NCBI GenBank assembly: GCA_963699755.1
Contig: CAVOVB010000001.1
Coordinates: forward strand, 1,632,001-1,696,000
DNA: 64,000 bases
From: an uncultured delta proteobacterium
GTDB lineage: Bacteria; Myxococcota_A; Polyangia; Polyangiales; Houyiibacteriaceae
Direction: 5' to 3'
Below, piece by piece: positions 30,528-48,428 of this stretch; position 1 is the stretch's first letter, and every line of letters begins with the position of its first letter. Under the pieces are notes generated by a model. The model ran no database searches. It had not been told where the DNA came from and worked only from the letters and a program-made list of their open reading frames with translations. Position numbers and translations under genes: made by a program.

Positions 30528-30953
30528 ATGTCGATTACGAACGAACAAGACAAAGCGAGACCGACCGGGACGCTCGGCGTAGAGCGCTGGGTGCAATTCG
30601 CTTATGCCGCGTGCGCCATCACGGTGGCTTGGTTTCTCATCAAGAGCAGCACGGCGGTTTGGACGATCTTGGCCGACAACGTCGACGCGGTTCCCGAGCC
30701 GAACAGCACGATGATCGCAGTTGGAGCCGGCCTCGTAGCGTTCATTTCGGCGGTCATCGCATATCGCTCCAGGAAGGTTCATACCTTTGTCCTCGAAGTC
30801 TGCGTCGAGCTTTCCAAAGTGAGCTGGCCTACGCGCAAGGAAACCTGGTCCCAGACGGTCGTCGTCCTCATCGTGTCCGTGATTGCGGCAATCATTCTCG
30901 GCGTATACGACGCGGTTTGGTCCCACATCACCGACCTCATTTACAACGTGTGA
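30528..30953 (+). CDS. secE: Preprotein translocase subunit SecE (three-TM form)
   Basis: EV..ELSKVSWPTRKET..QTVVV motif; synteny. Confidence 0.93.
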   Translation: MSITNEQDKARPTGTLGVERWVQFAYAACAITVAWFLIKSSTAVWTILADNVDAVPEPNSTMIAVGAGLVAFISAVIAYRSRKVHTFVLEVCVELSKVSWPTRKETWSQTVVVLIVSVIAAIILGVYDAVWSHITDLIYNV

Positions 30954-30958
30954 GTCCA

Positions 30959-31483
30959 ATGAAGTGGTATGTCGTTCAGGCCTATTCGGGTTACGAAAGC
31001 AAAGTGAAGCTCTCGCTGGAAGAGCGAATTAAACAGGCCGGTATGGAAGGGCGCTTCGGGAACATTCTCATTCCGAAGGAAAACGTCCAGGAGAGCCGTG
31101 GCGGAAAGCGGCGGCTGAGCTCGCGCACGTTCTACCCGGGGTACATCTTTGTCCAGATGGACCTCGATGATCAGACCTGGCACCTCATCAAGGACACGCC
31201 CAAGGTCAATGGCTTCGTCGGAGGTCGGCACCCGTCGCCGGTTCCCGAGCGCGAGATCGCCGCGATCGAGCAACAGGTCGAAGAGGGCGCGGCCAAGCCG
31301 AAGCCTCGCGTCGAGTTCGAGAAGGGTGACCACGTCCGGGTCACCGGCGGCGCATTTGCCAACTTCACTGGCGCAATCGAAGAAGTGAACCACGAAAAGC
31401 ACAAGGTGCGTGTCTTGGTATCGATCTTCGGCCGCGCCACACCGGTCGAGCTGGACTACGCCCAGGTCGAGAAGACGAATTAG
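30959..31483 (+). CDS. nusG: Transcription termination/antitermination factor NusG
   Basis: KWYVVQAYSGYE, YPGYIFV, KOW domain, SIFGRATPVEL. Confidence 0.97.
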   Translation: MKWYVVQAYSGYESKVKLSLEERIKQAGMEGRFGNILIPKENVQESRGGKRRLSSRTFYPGYIFVQMDLDDQTWHLIKDTPKVNGFVGGRHPSPVPEREIAAIEQQVEEGAAKPKPRVEFEKGDHVRVTGGAFANFTGAIEEVNHEKHKVRVLVSIFGRATPVELDYAQVEKTN

Positions 31484-31603
31484 TCAGGCTCGTTGTCCAT
31501 CCCTAAATGGGGATGTATCCAAAGCGATCCAGATTTCACAGAAATCGGCTTGCATTATTCGTGCCCTGAGGCATGACTCGCCGCTCCGGAGAAGCCCGAA
31601 TCC

Positions 31604-32026
31604 ATGAAAAAGGTCATCGGACAGATCAAACTTCAGCTCCCTGCAGGGAAGGCGAACCCTTCTCCGCCGGTCGGGCCTGCGCTCGGCCAGCATGGCGTCA
31701 ACATCATGGCGTTCTGCAAGGAGTTCAACGCGAAGACTCAAAAGGATGCGGGTCTGATCATCCCAGTGGTGATCTCGGTTTACCAGGACCGCTCCTTCAG
31801 CTTCATCATGAAGACGCCGCCTGCGGCCATCTTGATCAAGAAGGCTTTGAATTTGGAGTCGGGCTCTGCGCGTCCGAACAAAGACAAGGTCGGCAAGATC
31901 ACGCGGGACCAGGTGAAGGAAATCGCTCAGGTCAAGCTTCAAGATACCAACGCGGGTTCGCTCGAGACATGCATGCAGAGCATCATCGGCACCGCGCGTT
32001 CCATGGGGGTCGAGTTAGCCGACTAA
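31604..32026 (+). CDS. rplK: 50S ribosomal protein L11
   Basis: [31 protein letters not shown]. Confidence 0.98.
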   Translation: MKKVIGQIKLQLPAGKANPSPPVGPALGQHGVNIMAFCKEFNAKTQKDAGLIIPVVISVYQDRSFSFIMKTPPAAILIKKALNLESGSARPNKDKVGKITRDQVKEIAQVKLQDTNAGSLETCMQSIIGTARSMGVELAD

Positions 32027-32077
32027 CTCTGCGGAGCGATTGATTTCGCTCACCTGGACCACCCAGGCACCCAGTTG

Positions 32078-32112
32078 GTGGTAGGCGGCTTCGAGTCGCC
32101 GCAAGGAGTCAC
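32078..32112 (+). promoter_or_regulatory. Candidate L1-binding autoregulatory RNA overlapping the rplA RBS
   Basis: GTGG-TAG-GCGGC-TTCGA-GTCGC-CGCAAGGAG-TCAC stem, internal loop, stem. Confidence 0.35.
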
Positions 32113-32113
32113 G

Positions 32114-32812
32114 ATGAAACCCGGAAAAAAGCGCGCGGGCGCATTACAGTTGCCCGACAAAAGCCAGCGCTACGCGTTGAGGGAAGCCGTCTCGCTCGTG
32201 AAGGAGTTGGCGTTCGCCAGCTTTGACGAGTCGGTCGATGTTGCCGTTCGGCTTGGTGTCGATCCGAAGCACGCGGACCAAATGGTTCGTGGCGCTGTCG
32301 TCTTGCCTCACGGGACGGGAAAGACCAATCGCGTTCTGGTTTTTGCGAAAGGCGAGAAGGTGAGCGAAGCGGAGGAAGCCGGCGCCGATTTCGTCGGTGG
32401 TGATGATCTGGTCGCCAAGATTACCGAGGGCTGGCTCGATTTCGACACCGTCATCGCCACTCCGGACATGATGGGGCAGGTTGGCCGTCTCGGTCGCGTC
32501 CTCGGTCCTCGTGGCCTCATGCCGAACCCCAAGGTCGGCACCGTGACCTTCGACGTGAGCAAGGCCGTTCGCGAGGCCAAGGCCGGCAAGGTCGAGTTCC
32601 GCGTCGAAAAGGCGGGCATCGTCCATGCACAGGTGGGCAAGAAATCCTTTGGTGTGTCCGAGCTCGCGGGCAACGTGAAGTCGCTGGTGGGCGCGCTCGT
32701 GAAGGCCAAGCCGGCCGCCGCCAAGGGGACCTACCTTCGAAGCATCACCTTGAGCTCCACGATGGGCCCCGGGATCAAGATTGACCCCGGAACCATCGAG
32801 GTGGAGGCGTAA
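32114..32812 (+). CDS. rplA: 50S ribosomal protein L1
   Basis: [32 protein letters not shown]. Confidence 0.98.
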   Translation: MKPGKKRAGALQLPDKSQRYALREAVSLVKELAFASFDESVDVAVRLGVDPKHADQMVRGAVVLPHGTGKTNRVLVFAKGEKVSEAEEAGADFVGGDDLVAKITEGWLDFDTVIATPDMMGQVGRLGRVLGPRGLMPNPKVGTVTFDVSKAVREAKAGKVEFRVEKAGIVHAQVGKKSFGVSELAGNVKSLVGALVKAKPAAAKGTYLRSITLSSTMGPGIKIDPGTIEVEA

Positions 32813-32814
32813 TC

Positions 32815-33384
32815 ATGAGGCTTACACGAGAAGACAAAGCGGCGCAGGCCGTCTCGGTCCGCGAGAGCTTCGCGAACGCGACAGCGACTGTCCTCGTCGA
32901 TTTTCGTGGCGTGAACGTCGAGCTCATCACGGATTTGCGCGCTCGTTTCCGCGACGCCGGTGTCGAGTACAAAGTCGTCAAGAACAACGTCGTTCGAAAA
33001 GCACTGGAAGGTTCCGAGCTCGCCGACAACGACGAGTTCACGGCCCATCTAACTGGGCCAACGGCGATCGCCTGGAGCTTCGAAGATCCTTCGGCTGCGG
33101 CCAAGGTGATCAAGAACTTCCGTAAGGAGCACACCGACGTCCTTCAGCCCAAGGACGGAAACGCCAAGCTCCTCGTCAAGTGCGGCCTTCTCGAGGGCCA
33201 AGTTTTGGACGCGACGCGCGTCGAAAAAGAGCTCGCCTCGCTTCCGGGCAAGGATGAGATTCGTGCCTCGCTACTCGCGCAGCTCATGGCGCCCATGCAG
33301 AACCTGGTCGGCCAAATCAATGCACCGGCCCAAAACCTCGCTCTCGTTCTCGATGCGTACCGGCGCAAAGAGGCAGGCGAGTAA
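32815..33384 (+). CDS. rplJ: 50S ribosomal protein L10
   Basis: DFRG, VVKNN, LTGPTAIA, LASLPGKDE; synteny. Confidence 0.96.
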   Translation: MRLTREDKAAQAVSVRESFANATATVLVDFRGVNVELITDLRARFRDAGVEYKVVKNNVVRKALEGSELADNDEFTAHLTGPTAIAWSFEDPSAAAKVIKNFRKEHTDVLQPKDGNAKLLVKCGLLEGQVLDATRVEKELASLPGKDEIRASLLAQLMAPMQNLVGQINAPAQNLALVLDAYRRKEAGE

Positions 33385-33435
33385 CCCAACAACAACTTTA
33401 GCCGTGTCGCACGCACGGTTAGCGGAGAGTCAAGA

Positions 33436-33819
33436 ATGCCAAATATGAATGTGGAACAGATGGTCGAAGAGCTCAGCTCCTGGACTGTCATGGAAGTTGC
33501 AAACCTGGTCAAAGAGCTCGAAGAGAAGTGGGGCGTTTCGGCAGCACCGGCAGCGGTGGCCGTAGCGGGACCTGCCGGCGGCGGCGCTGCAGAGGCGGCC
33601 GAAGAGCAGACCGAGTTCGACGTCGAGCTGAGCGAAGCGGGTGCCAAGAAGATCAACGTGATCAAGGCCATCCGTGAGATCACTCAGCTCGGCTTGGCGG
33701 ACGCCAAGGCTTTGGTGGAAGCAGCTCCCAAAGTCGTCAAAGAGGCCGTTTCCAAAGAAGAGGCCGAAGAAATCAAAAAGAAGCTCGAAGAAGCTGGCGC
33801 GAAGGTCACCGTCAAATAA
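33436..33819 (+). CDS. rplL: 50S ribosomal protein L7/L12
   Basis: [38 protein letters not shown]. Confidence 0.98.
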   Translation: MPNMNVEQMVEELSSWTVMEVANLVKELEEKWGVSAAPAAVAVAGPAGGGAAEAAEEQTEFDVELSEAGAKKINVIKAIREITQLGLADAKALVEAAPKVVKEAVSKEEAEEIKKKLEEAGAKVTVK

Positions 33820-33836
33820 CCCTATGGGGTTATTTC
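33814..33836 (+). terminator. Hairpin/attenuator after rplL
   Basis: AAATAACCC-TATG-GGGTTATTT. Confidence 0.45.
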
Positions 33837-33856
33837 TCGGAGCCCTGTGTCGCGAC

Positions 33857-33884
33857 TTGACACATGGTTCGGTCGAGTTAGGTT
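33857..33884 (+). promoter_or_regulatory. Candidate internal promoter for rpoBC
   Basis: TTGACA-N16-TAGGTT. Confidence 0.45.
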
Positions 33885-34033
33885 CTCGGCCGGGGCAGCA
33901 CCGGTTCGCGCAGCGCAGCATTCATGACTTTCCGCAACACGGCGGGAGGCCCAAGGGTCTCCTTGTCGTGCACTTGTCTCTTAATTCTTGGCTTTAGGGT
34001 TCCAGCAGCAGTGGTTCGGTAGGAGTCTCTCTC

Positions 34034-42385
<8,352 letters not shown>

Positions 42386-42400
42386 GCTCTCACCACTTTG

Positions 42401-43547
42401 GTGAAGAGCTATCTATTCGAAACGGACGAGCATCGCGCGCTGCGTGAACAGGTGCGGCGGTTCGCGGCTTCCGCGATCGCGCCGCACGCGCATGATTGGG
42501 AAGAAGCCAACGAATTCCCTCGCGAGCTCTATCAGCAGTCTGCGGCGGCCGGCTTCTTGGGGACGGGGTATCCCGAGGAGTTGGGCGGTGACGGCGGGGA
42601 CTTGAGCCACGTCCTGGTGGCCGCTGAAGAAATGGTGATCGCCGGGAAGTCGGTGGGGACCTGCGTGGGGCTCGGCAGCCACGGCATCGCCCTGCCGCCG
42701 ATCGTGAAGTTCGGGACACGACGCGCAGAAGGAGCGCTACGTTCGACCCACGCTACGCGGTGACAAGGTTTCCGCGCTGGGCATCACCGAGCCGGGCGGC
42801 GGAAGCGACGTCGCGGCGGTGACGACCAAGGCGGTCCGCGACGGAGACCATTACATCGTAAACGGTGCCAAGACGTTCATCACGTCCGGCACGCGCGCGG
42901 ACTTCGTGACCACCGCGGTGCGAACGGGCGGCGAGGGTCATGGCGGCATTTCGATGCTGATCATCGACAGCGACGCCCCGGGCTTCAGCGTGGCCGGCAA
43001 GCTCAAGAAGACCGGCTGGTGGGCCAGCGACACGGCCGAGCTCGCGTTCGAGGACTGCCGCGTGCCGGTGGAGAATCTCATCGGTCAGGAGGGCGCTGGC
43101 TTCCTGATGATCATGACCAACTTCGTCACCGAGCGCCTCATGCTCGCCGGCCAGTGTGTTGCGATCGCCGAGCTCGCCTATCGTGAGTCGGTCGCGTACG
43201 CCAAGCAGCGACACGCGTTCGGCAAGTCCCTATCGGGCTTTCAGGTGGTCCGGCACAAGCTCGCCGACATGGCGACCGACATCGCGGCCGCACGTGCGCT
43301 CACTGGGGAATGTGTCACGCGCTTCCTCAATGGAGAGCAAACGCCGTCCTTGGCGGCGATGGCCAAGAACACGGCAACCGACATGTGCTCGCGGGTCTGC
43401 GACCAGGCGGTTCAAATCCACGGTGGATACGGCTACATGCGCGAGTACGTCGTAGAGCGCCTCTACCGCGATGCACGCCTCTATCCGATCGGCGGTGGCA
43501 CCCGCGAGATCATGAACGAAATCATCAGCAAGGTCGAAGGCTACTAG
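42401..43547 (+). CDS. Acyl-CoA dehydrogenase; apparent frameshift at ~42718
   Basis: GYPEELGG, ITEPGGGSD (second frame), NGAKTFITSG, QIHGGYGYMREY, IGGGTREIM. Confidence 0.9.
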
Positions 43548-44269
43548 GAAGGGGGGCGAGAACGCCCTCCAATGATGAAGTCCGCGATGATGGCGGAAAG
43601 CTTTTCTACGAAGGCTGGGCCGATTTCGGTGTGGTGCTGGGCGGCGATGCGTTGGACCGACTCTGCGACGGTTTCATCGGCGCGTTTCCAGGCATCGAGG
43701 AGGTCGGCCGCCAAGGCGTTCAGCGCTTTGGTCGAGGCTCGGTGCTCGGCATCCCGGTAGACACACAGGACGGTTCTATGGGGCTCGTACCCTGCGGCCG
43801 GCGTGGGCTTCTTCTGGACCGGATACTCGAGGCGGATGACCTCGAGCGCAGCACTGAGCACCGGCCTTCGGTCGAACGCGAACTCCGATTCGGGTTTTGG
43901 GTCCCGGGGTGCGTGCCGCACGTTCCAGCTGGCGATCTCGAAGCGCGCCAGCTCCGCCACCCAGGGTGCTTCCTGACCTTGCCAGATTGGAATCGCGAAA
44001 TCTGCCAGCTCGACGGGCACGTAGCGCAAGTATCGGGTTTTGGGTCCGCCCGTGCTCAGCCACTCGGAGACAGCACGACCAAACGCCTCGTCTCCGAGCG
44101 CCGCTTTGGTGCGAGCGAGGGCGACGCTGATCACCTGGACGAGCCTGTTCTGCACCAGCTCTCGATACACCAGCCATCGCTCGCGCGATCCCAGAAGCTC
44201 GAGGTCGGCTTCACTCGGTTCGGCGTCGAAGCAAACACGCTGCATGGCTTTGGCGCGATCAGCGAGCAT
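43544..44269 (-). CDS. DUF2063-family MNIO partner protein (HvfC/BufC-like)
   Basis: RWLVYRELVQNRL...ALGDEAF...PWVAELARFE pattern; overlaps the 3' end of the DUF692 gene. Confidence 0.8.
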   Translation of the reverse strand: MLADRAKAMQRVCFDAEPSEADLELLGSRERWLVYRELVQNRLVQVISVALARTKAALGDEAFGRAVSEWLSTGGPKTRYLRYVPVELADFAIPIWQGQEAPWVAELARFEIASWNVRHAPRDPKPESEFAFDRRPVLSAALEVIRLEYPVQKKPTPAAGYEPHRTVLCVYRDAEHRASTKALNALAADLLDAWKRADETVAESVQRIAAQHHTEIGPAFVEKLSAIIADFIIGGRSRPPS

Positions 44270-45125
44270 GTCCGTCTTCCGTCGCGCGCCGATAGATCTT
44301 CCAGAGCTCATCGACCTCGGCCAACAGCTCGTCCAGTGGTGGCACGTTGTTGTCCCGCTCGAGCAGGACTGGCACGGGACCGATCTTTCGCAGCGTGTAG
44401 TCCAGGAGTTGATAGACGTCGTTCGGCACGGGTTCGCCATGGGTATCGATGCGAAGTCCGTCGTCGCGAATGAAATGACCCGCGACGTGGATTTGCACTA
44501 CGCGATCGGGCGGAATCTTGTCGATGTAGGCTTTGGGATCGAAGTCGAAGTTTCGACCGTTGACGTAGATGTTGTTGACGTCCAAGAGCAGCTTCGCATC
44601 TGCGCGTTCCAGCACCTCGACCACGAAATCGGCCTCGGCCAATCCATCCTCGCATTGCGGCGCGTAGTAGCTCGCGTTCTCCAAAGCCAGAGGCAGGTCG
44701 ATCGCGTCTCTCACTTCGATCAATCGTTGGGATGCGATTTGCGCCGCCTCGTCGGTGAACGGAAGCGGAAGCAAGTCGTGAAAGAAGCGATCTTCGACGC
44801 CCCCGAGACATAGGTGCTCGCTGTGCCAAGGAACCTCGACGTCAGACAGGAACGACCGCAGCTCCCGGAGGTAGCTGGCGTCGAATGGCTCGGGCGCGCC
44901 GAGGCAGGTGCTGAGCCCGTGGGTGACGATGGGCCAATCTTGCCGCGCGAGGTCCAGCATCTCCTGGTAACGGCCGCCTCGATTGACGTAGTTCTCCGGG
45001 TGAATTTCCAGCCACGAGACCGCTTCCGGCCGGCGTTCGAGCAGCTCGGTTGCAAGGTCGTAGCGCAAGCCGAGGCCGATTCCATTTACCCTGCTCTTCA
45101 CCTCAGCACTGATGTTTCGACTCAT
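44259..45125 (-). CDS. DUF692 multinuclear non-heme iron oxidative enzyme (MNIO; MbnB/TglH/HvfB/BufB family)
   Basis: GLGLR, EIHPENY, HGLS, SEHL, DLLPLP, LEN, LLLDVNNIYVN, IHVAGH, IDTHG, LLERD. Confidence 0.95.
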   Translation of the reverse strand: MSRNISAEVKSRVNGIGLGLRYDLATELLERRPEAVSWLEIHPENYVNRGGRYQEMLDLARQDWPIVTHGLSTCLGAPEPFDASYLRELRSFLSDVEVPWHSEHLCLGGVEDRFFHDLLPLPFTDEAAQIASQRLIEVRDAIDLPLALENASYYAPQCEDGLAEADFVVEVLERADAKLLLDVNNIYVNGRNFDFDPKAYIDKIPPDRVVQIHVAGHFIRDDGLRIDTHGEPVPNDVYQLLDYTLRKIGPVPVLLERDNNVPPLDELLAEVDELWKIYRRATEDGHAR

Positions 45126-45135
45126 GCGGGTCCCG

Positions 45136-45175
45136 AAAAAAGACGAGCCGCGGCGACCAGTGCCGCCGCGGCTCG
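45136..45175 (-). terminator. Intrinsic terminator-like hairpin between the precursor and MNIO genes
   Basis: 12-bp perfect stem CGAGCCGCGGCG/CGCCGCGGCTCG followed by TCTTTTTT on the minus strand. Confidence 0.75.
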
Positions 45176-45221
45176 AAATACCGTGCTGCCCTTTTCGGGG
45201 CAGCTCGACGCGCGTGGACTG

Positions 45222-45463
45222 TTACTTCGCGCCGCCGCAGCTGCCTTCGCCGCAGGAAGCTTCTGCCGCGTCGCCTGCCTTTTCGGCAGCGTCGTCTTTC
45301 GCTCCACCGCAGCTGCCTTCGCCGCAGGAGGCTTCGGCCGCGCGGTCTCGGCGCCTGTCGTCGCCTCGGAGGCTTCCGGACCAGCGTCCGACTTGCATCC
45401 GGCCGTCACACTGAGTGCCGCAGTCGCCATCGCGATGATCGTGTGCTTGAGTGCTGAGTTCAT
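45222..45463 (-). CDS. Putative RiPP precursor lipoprotein with two EASCGEGSCGGAK repeats; frameshift at ~45341
   Basis: N-terminal frame MNSALKHTIIAMATAALSVTAGCKSDAGPEASEATTGAET joins the frame AAEASCGEGSCGGAKDDAAEKAGDAAEASCGEGSCGGAK*; AGAGGG RBS. Confidence 0.85.
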
Positions 45464-45574
45464 GTTTGTCTACCCTCTATTTGTTCGTAAGAGCATCGGG
45501 AGCATTGAAGCCGCTCCCCGGTGATGCAACGCGGCGTCAGGGACCAATCCCATGCCCCCGCTTCCCATGAAGGC

Positions 45575-45603
45575 ACGCTAGCCAAAGCGATCGTGGGTCG
45601 CAA
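45575..45603 (-). promoter_or_regulatory. Candidate sigma70 promoter of the precursor operon
   Basis: TTGCGA-N17-TAGCGT. Confidence 0.45.
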
Positions 45604-45635
45604 TCTAAAAGCGAAGCGTGCGTCATGACATGCTC

Positions 45636-45660
45636 TACGTCCGTCGCGCCTAGATGTTTC
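45636..45660 (-). promoter_or_regulatory. Candidate ECF-sigma promoter of the precursor operon
   Basis: GAAAC-N16-CGTA. Confidence 0.35.
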
Positions 45661-45729
45661 GCCTGAATCGTGACGTCAGCCCACTGGCGATTTGCGTCGA
45701 ATACACCATAGATTTTCAGGACTTAGATC

Positions 45730-47116
45730 GTGTTGAACATCGGAAAGCTTGCAGGGTTGATTTGCCTCGTTTCCTGCGCTCACGGAGCGGATCGCGCTCC
45801 GATCGAGCCGCATTCGGGTGGGGTCGCTCACTACACGGTTACAATCTTTGACAACCTCGGCGGTGCTCGCGTTCGCGCATGCTTTTCCGGCTTGGCTTTG
45901 GCGGCGTTGGTTCCCATGGATAGGAGCGCTGCGAGGCAACTGCGGGGCGCTTGGATCGATGGCATCCCGCTCGAGACCCGTGACGGTCGAATCTTGCTCA
46001 GTCAGCAGTCCCGGCACATGTGCCTGGAGTACGAAACCCAGTTCGAAACGAGCCGGTTTGGGCTCGAGGATTCATCGGCTGTGGTCCTTTCGCAGAGCCA
46101 GTGGCTCTGGCGGCCCGAACCGTTTCCCCCGCAGGTCAACACCTCGGTTCGTTTCGCGGTTCCGGGCGACGGACAGGTATCGTTGGCATGGCCACGCTCT
46201 GACGGCGCATACCAGCCGAACCGAAATGCCTTCTTCGTCGAGACGTTTGGCGTCTTTGGGGCCTTCGACCTGCAGGCGTTCTCGGTCGCCAACACGCGTG
46301 TCGAAGTCGCACGTCTCGGGGCTACGCCACTCGACCGGGACGTTCGCCGCTGGCTCACTCGGGCGGTTCAGACCACTGCGTCGGTGGGCGGGCGATTCCC
46401 CAGTGACCGTCTTCAGTTCGTCATCGTCCCCGTTGACGACCCAGGCGCCGAGGTCGCCTTTGGGATGGTGCGACGGGGCGGTGGCTCGTCCATTCTTCTG
46501 CTTCCGTCCGTCCATGCCCAAGTGGTCGAGCTCGAGGCGGATTGGGTGGCCATTCATGAGCTCTCGCACCTCTGGCTGCCGCGGTTGCACGCCAAAGACC
46601 GCTGGCTCTCCGAGGGGATTGCGACCTATCTCCAGGAGGTGCTCCGCGCTCGATGTGGCCTGCAGAGCAGCGACCGCGCTTGGAGCCGCATCCGCGAAGG
46701 CTTCGAGCGCGGCCGGCGTTCCGGCGACCGCGCAACCCCTCGCCGATGAGAGCCGGAGCATGAACCGGACTGGAGCCTACCAACGTGTGTACTGGGCAGG
46801 CACCGCGTTCGCGCTCGAAATCGATCTCCGGCTTCGTCGCCTCAGCAATGGAGAGAGCACGCTCCTCACCGTGCTCAACGATGCGCAGCACAATTGGCGA
46901 GAAGAGGCCCGCTTGGTCAGCGCATCGCGCGTCCTTGCGGCACTCGAAAAGGCAAGCGGGGTAGACTTCATCGCGGCGCTCGGCGACCGGTATGCCGCAA
47001 GCTCCGATTTCCCCGACACGAGCTATGCAGATTCGCCCGAATACGACGAACTTCGCGCTCAGATCAGCGCGCAAGTCGATGGAAGCTGCACGGTCAGCGG
47101 CGAATCGTCGCGATGA
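45730..47116 (+). CDS. Gluzincin-like metallopeptidase lipoprotein; apparent frameshift at ~46726
   Basis: Signal ending LVSC; IHELSHLW then WLSEGIATY; C-terminal RVYWAG in the second frame. Confidence 0.75.
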
Positions 47117-48428
47117 TCCGATCCCGAGGGGTAGGGCGGCGGTTTGCAATTCCAATTGCTGAAGCGGCGCGGTTGGCGCCTGGCCCTAGCAACGCAACGC
47201 GCGACGCATACAAGGTGGCTAGCGCGTCACCCTCCCGGACTTGGTCGCCGCGACGCACGTGCAATCGGATCCCGGCTCCCCAGTCTACCGCGTCCTCGGA
47301 ACGGCGGCGGCCTGCGCCCAGACCCATCGATGCATACCCGAGCTCGAGGGGATCCAGCTCCGCGACGTAGCCAGCTTTGGTCGCACGAATGGTCGACCGG
47401 TGACGCGCAAGCGGGAGTCGATCGGGTGCGTCCACCACGGCAGGATCGCCGCCTTGTGCGGCGACGATTTGCCGCATCTTCTCGAGGGCGCTTCCGTTTT
47501 TGACGGCTAGCTCGACGCGTCGTCGTGCCTGGGCCTTGGTTTTTGCGACGCCCGCGGCCCGCAGCATCTCGACCGCGAGCTCGTAGCTCAGGTGCCGCAG
47601 ATCGTCGGGCCCTTCTCCGTGGAGAATTTCGAGCGCCTCGCTGGTTTCGAGCGCATTCCCGATCGTGTAGCCAATAGGGCTGTTCATGTCGGTCAGGAGC
47701 GCGGAGACCCGTTTGCCAGCGAGGCTTCCAACGCGCACCAAAGATCGCGCCAGCGCCCTCGCATCCGACACGGTCTTCATGAACGCGCCGCGACCGACTT
47801 TTACATCCAATACCAGCGCGTCGATTCCCTCCGCCAGCTTCTTCGACAGAATGCTCGAGGTGATCAGGGGAATCGATTCGACCGTTCCGGTGACGTCCCT
47901 CAGTGCGTAGAGACGCTTGTCGGCCGGTGCTAGGTCGCCGGTTTGCCCGATCAGCGCGCAACCGATCTTTCGGAGTTGAGCACGGAACTCCCGCACCGAA
48001 AGATCGACCCGAAATCCGGGAATCGCTTCGAGCTTGTCGAGTGTGCCTCCTGTATGTCCAAGGCCTCGACCGCTCATCATGGGTACCGCCACCCCGCAGG
48101 CCGCGACGATCGGTGCGAGGCAGATGCTGACCTTGTCTCCGACGCCGCCCGTCGAGTGCTTGTCCACCTTGGGAGCATCGAGCTCGTCGAGGCTCAGGAC
48201 TGTGCCGCTGTCTCGCATGGCGAGGGTCATCGCGACCGTCTCGTCGAAGTCCATGCCCCGAAAATAGATCGCCATCGCCAGGGCGCTCATCTGGTAGTCA
48301 GCGACCGAGCCGTTCATGAAGCCGGCGATCAGAGCACGGATGTCCTCATCGCTGAGCCTGTTTCCCTCACGTTTGCGAGCGATCAACTCCGGGACGGCCA
48401 GAAGGTGTCGCTTCGTTCGAGCCATCAC
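47094..48428 (-). CDS. deoA: Thymidine/pyrimidine-nucleoside phosphorylase
   Basis: VDKHSTGGVGDK, SGRGLGHTGGTLDKLE, LYALRDVTGTV, SILSKK. Confidence 0.93.
   Translation of the reverse strand: MMARTKRHLLAVPELIARKREGNRLSDEDIRALIAGFMNGSVADYQMSALAMAIYFRGMDFDETVAMTLAMRDSGTVLSLDELDAPKVDKHSTGGVGDKVSICLAPIVAACGVAVPMMSGRGLGHTGGTLDKLEAIPGFRVDLSVREFRAQLRKIGCALIGQTGDLAPADKRLYALRDVTGTVESIPLITSSILSKKLAEGIDALVLDVKVGRGAFMKTVSDARALARSLVRVGSLAGKRVSALLTDMNSPIGYTIGNALETSEALEILHGEGPDDLRHLSYELAVEMLRAAGVAKTKAQARRRVELAVKNGSALEKMRQIVAAQGGDPAVVDAPDRLPLARHRSTIRATKAGYVAELDPLELGYASMGLGAGRRRSEDAVDWGAGIRLHVRRGDQVREGDALATLYASRVALLGPGANRAASAIGIANRRPTPRDRIIATIRR

Noticed and set aside
45122..45463. 113-aa ORF as listed in the ORF track
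   Set aside because: Its C-terminal half is the off-frame reading of the EASCGEGSCG repeats and runs through a terminator hairpin
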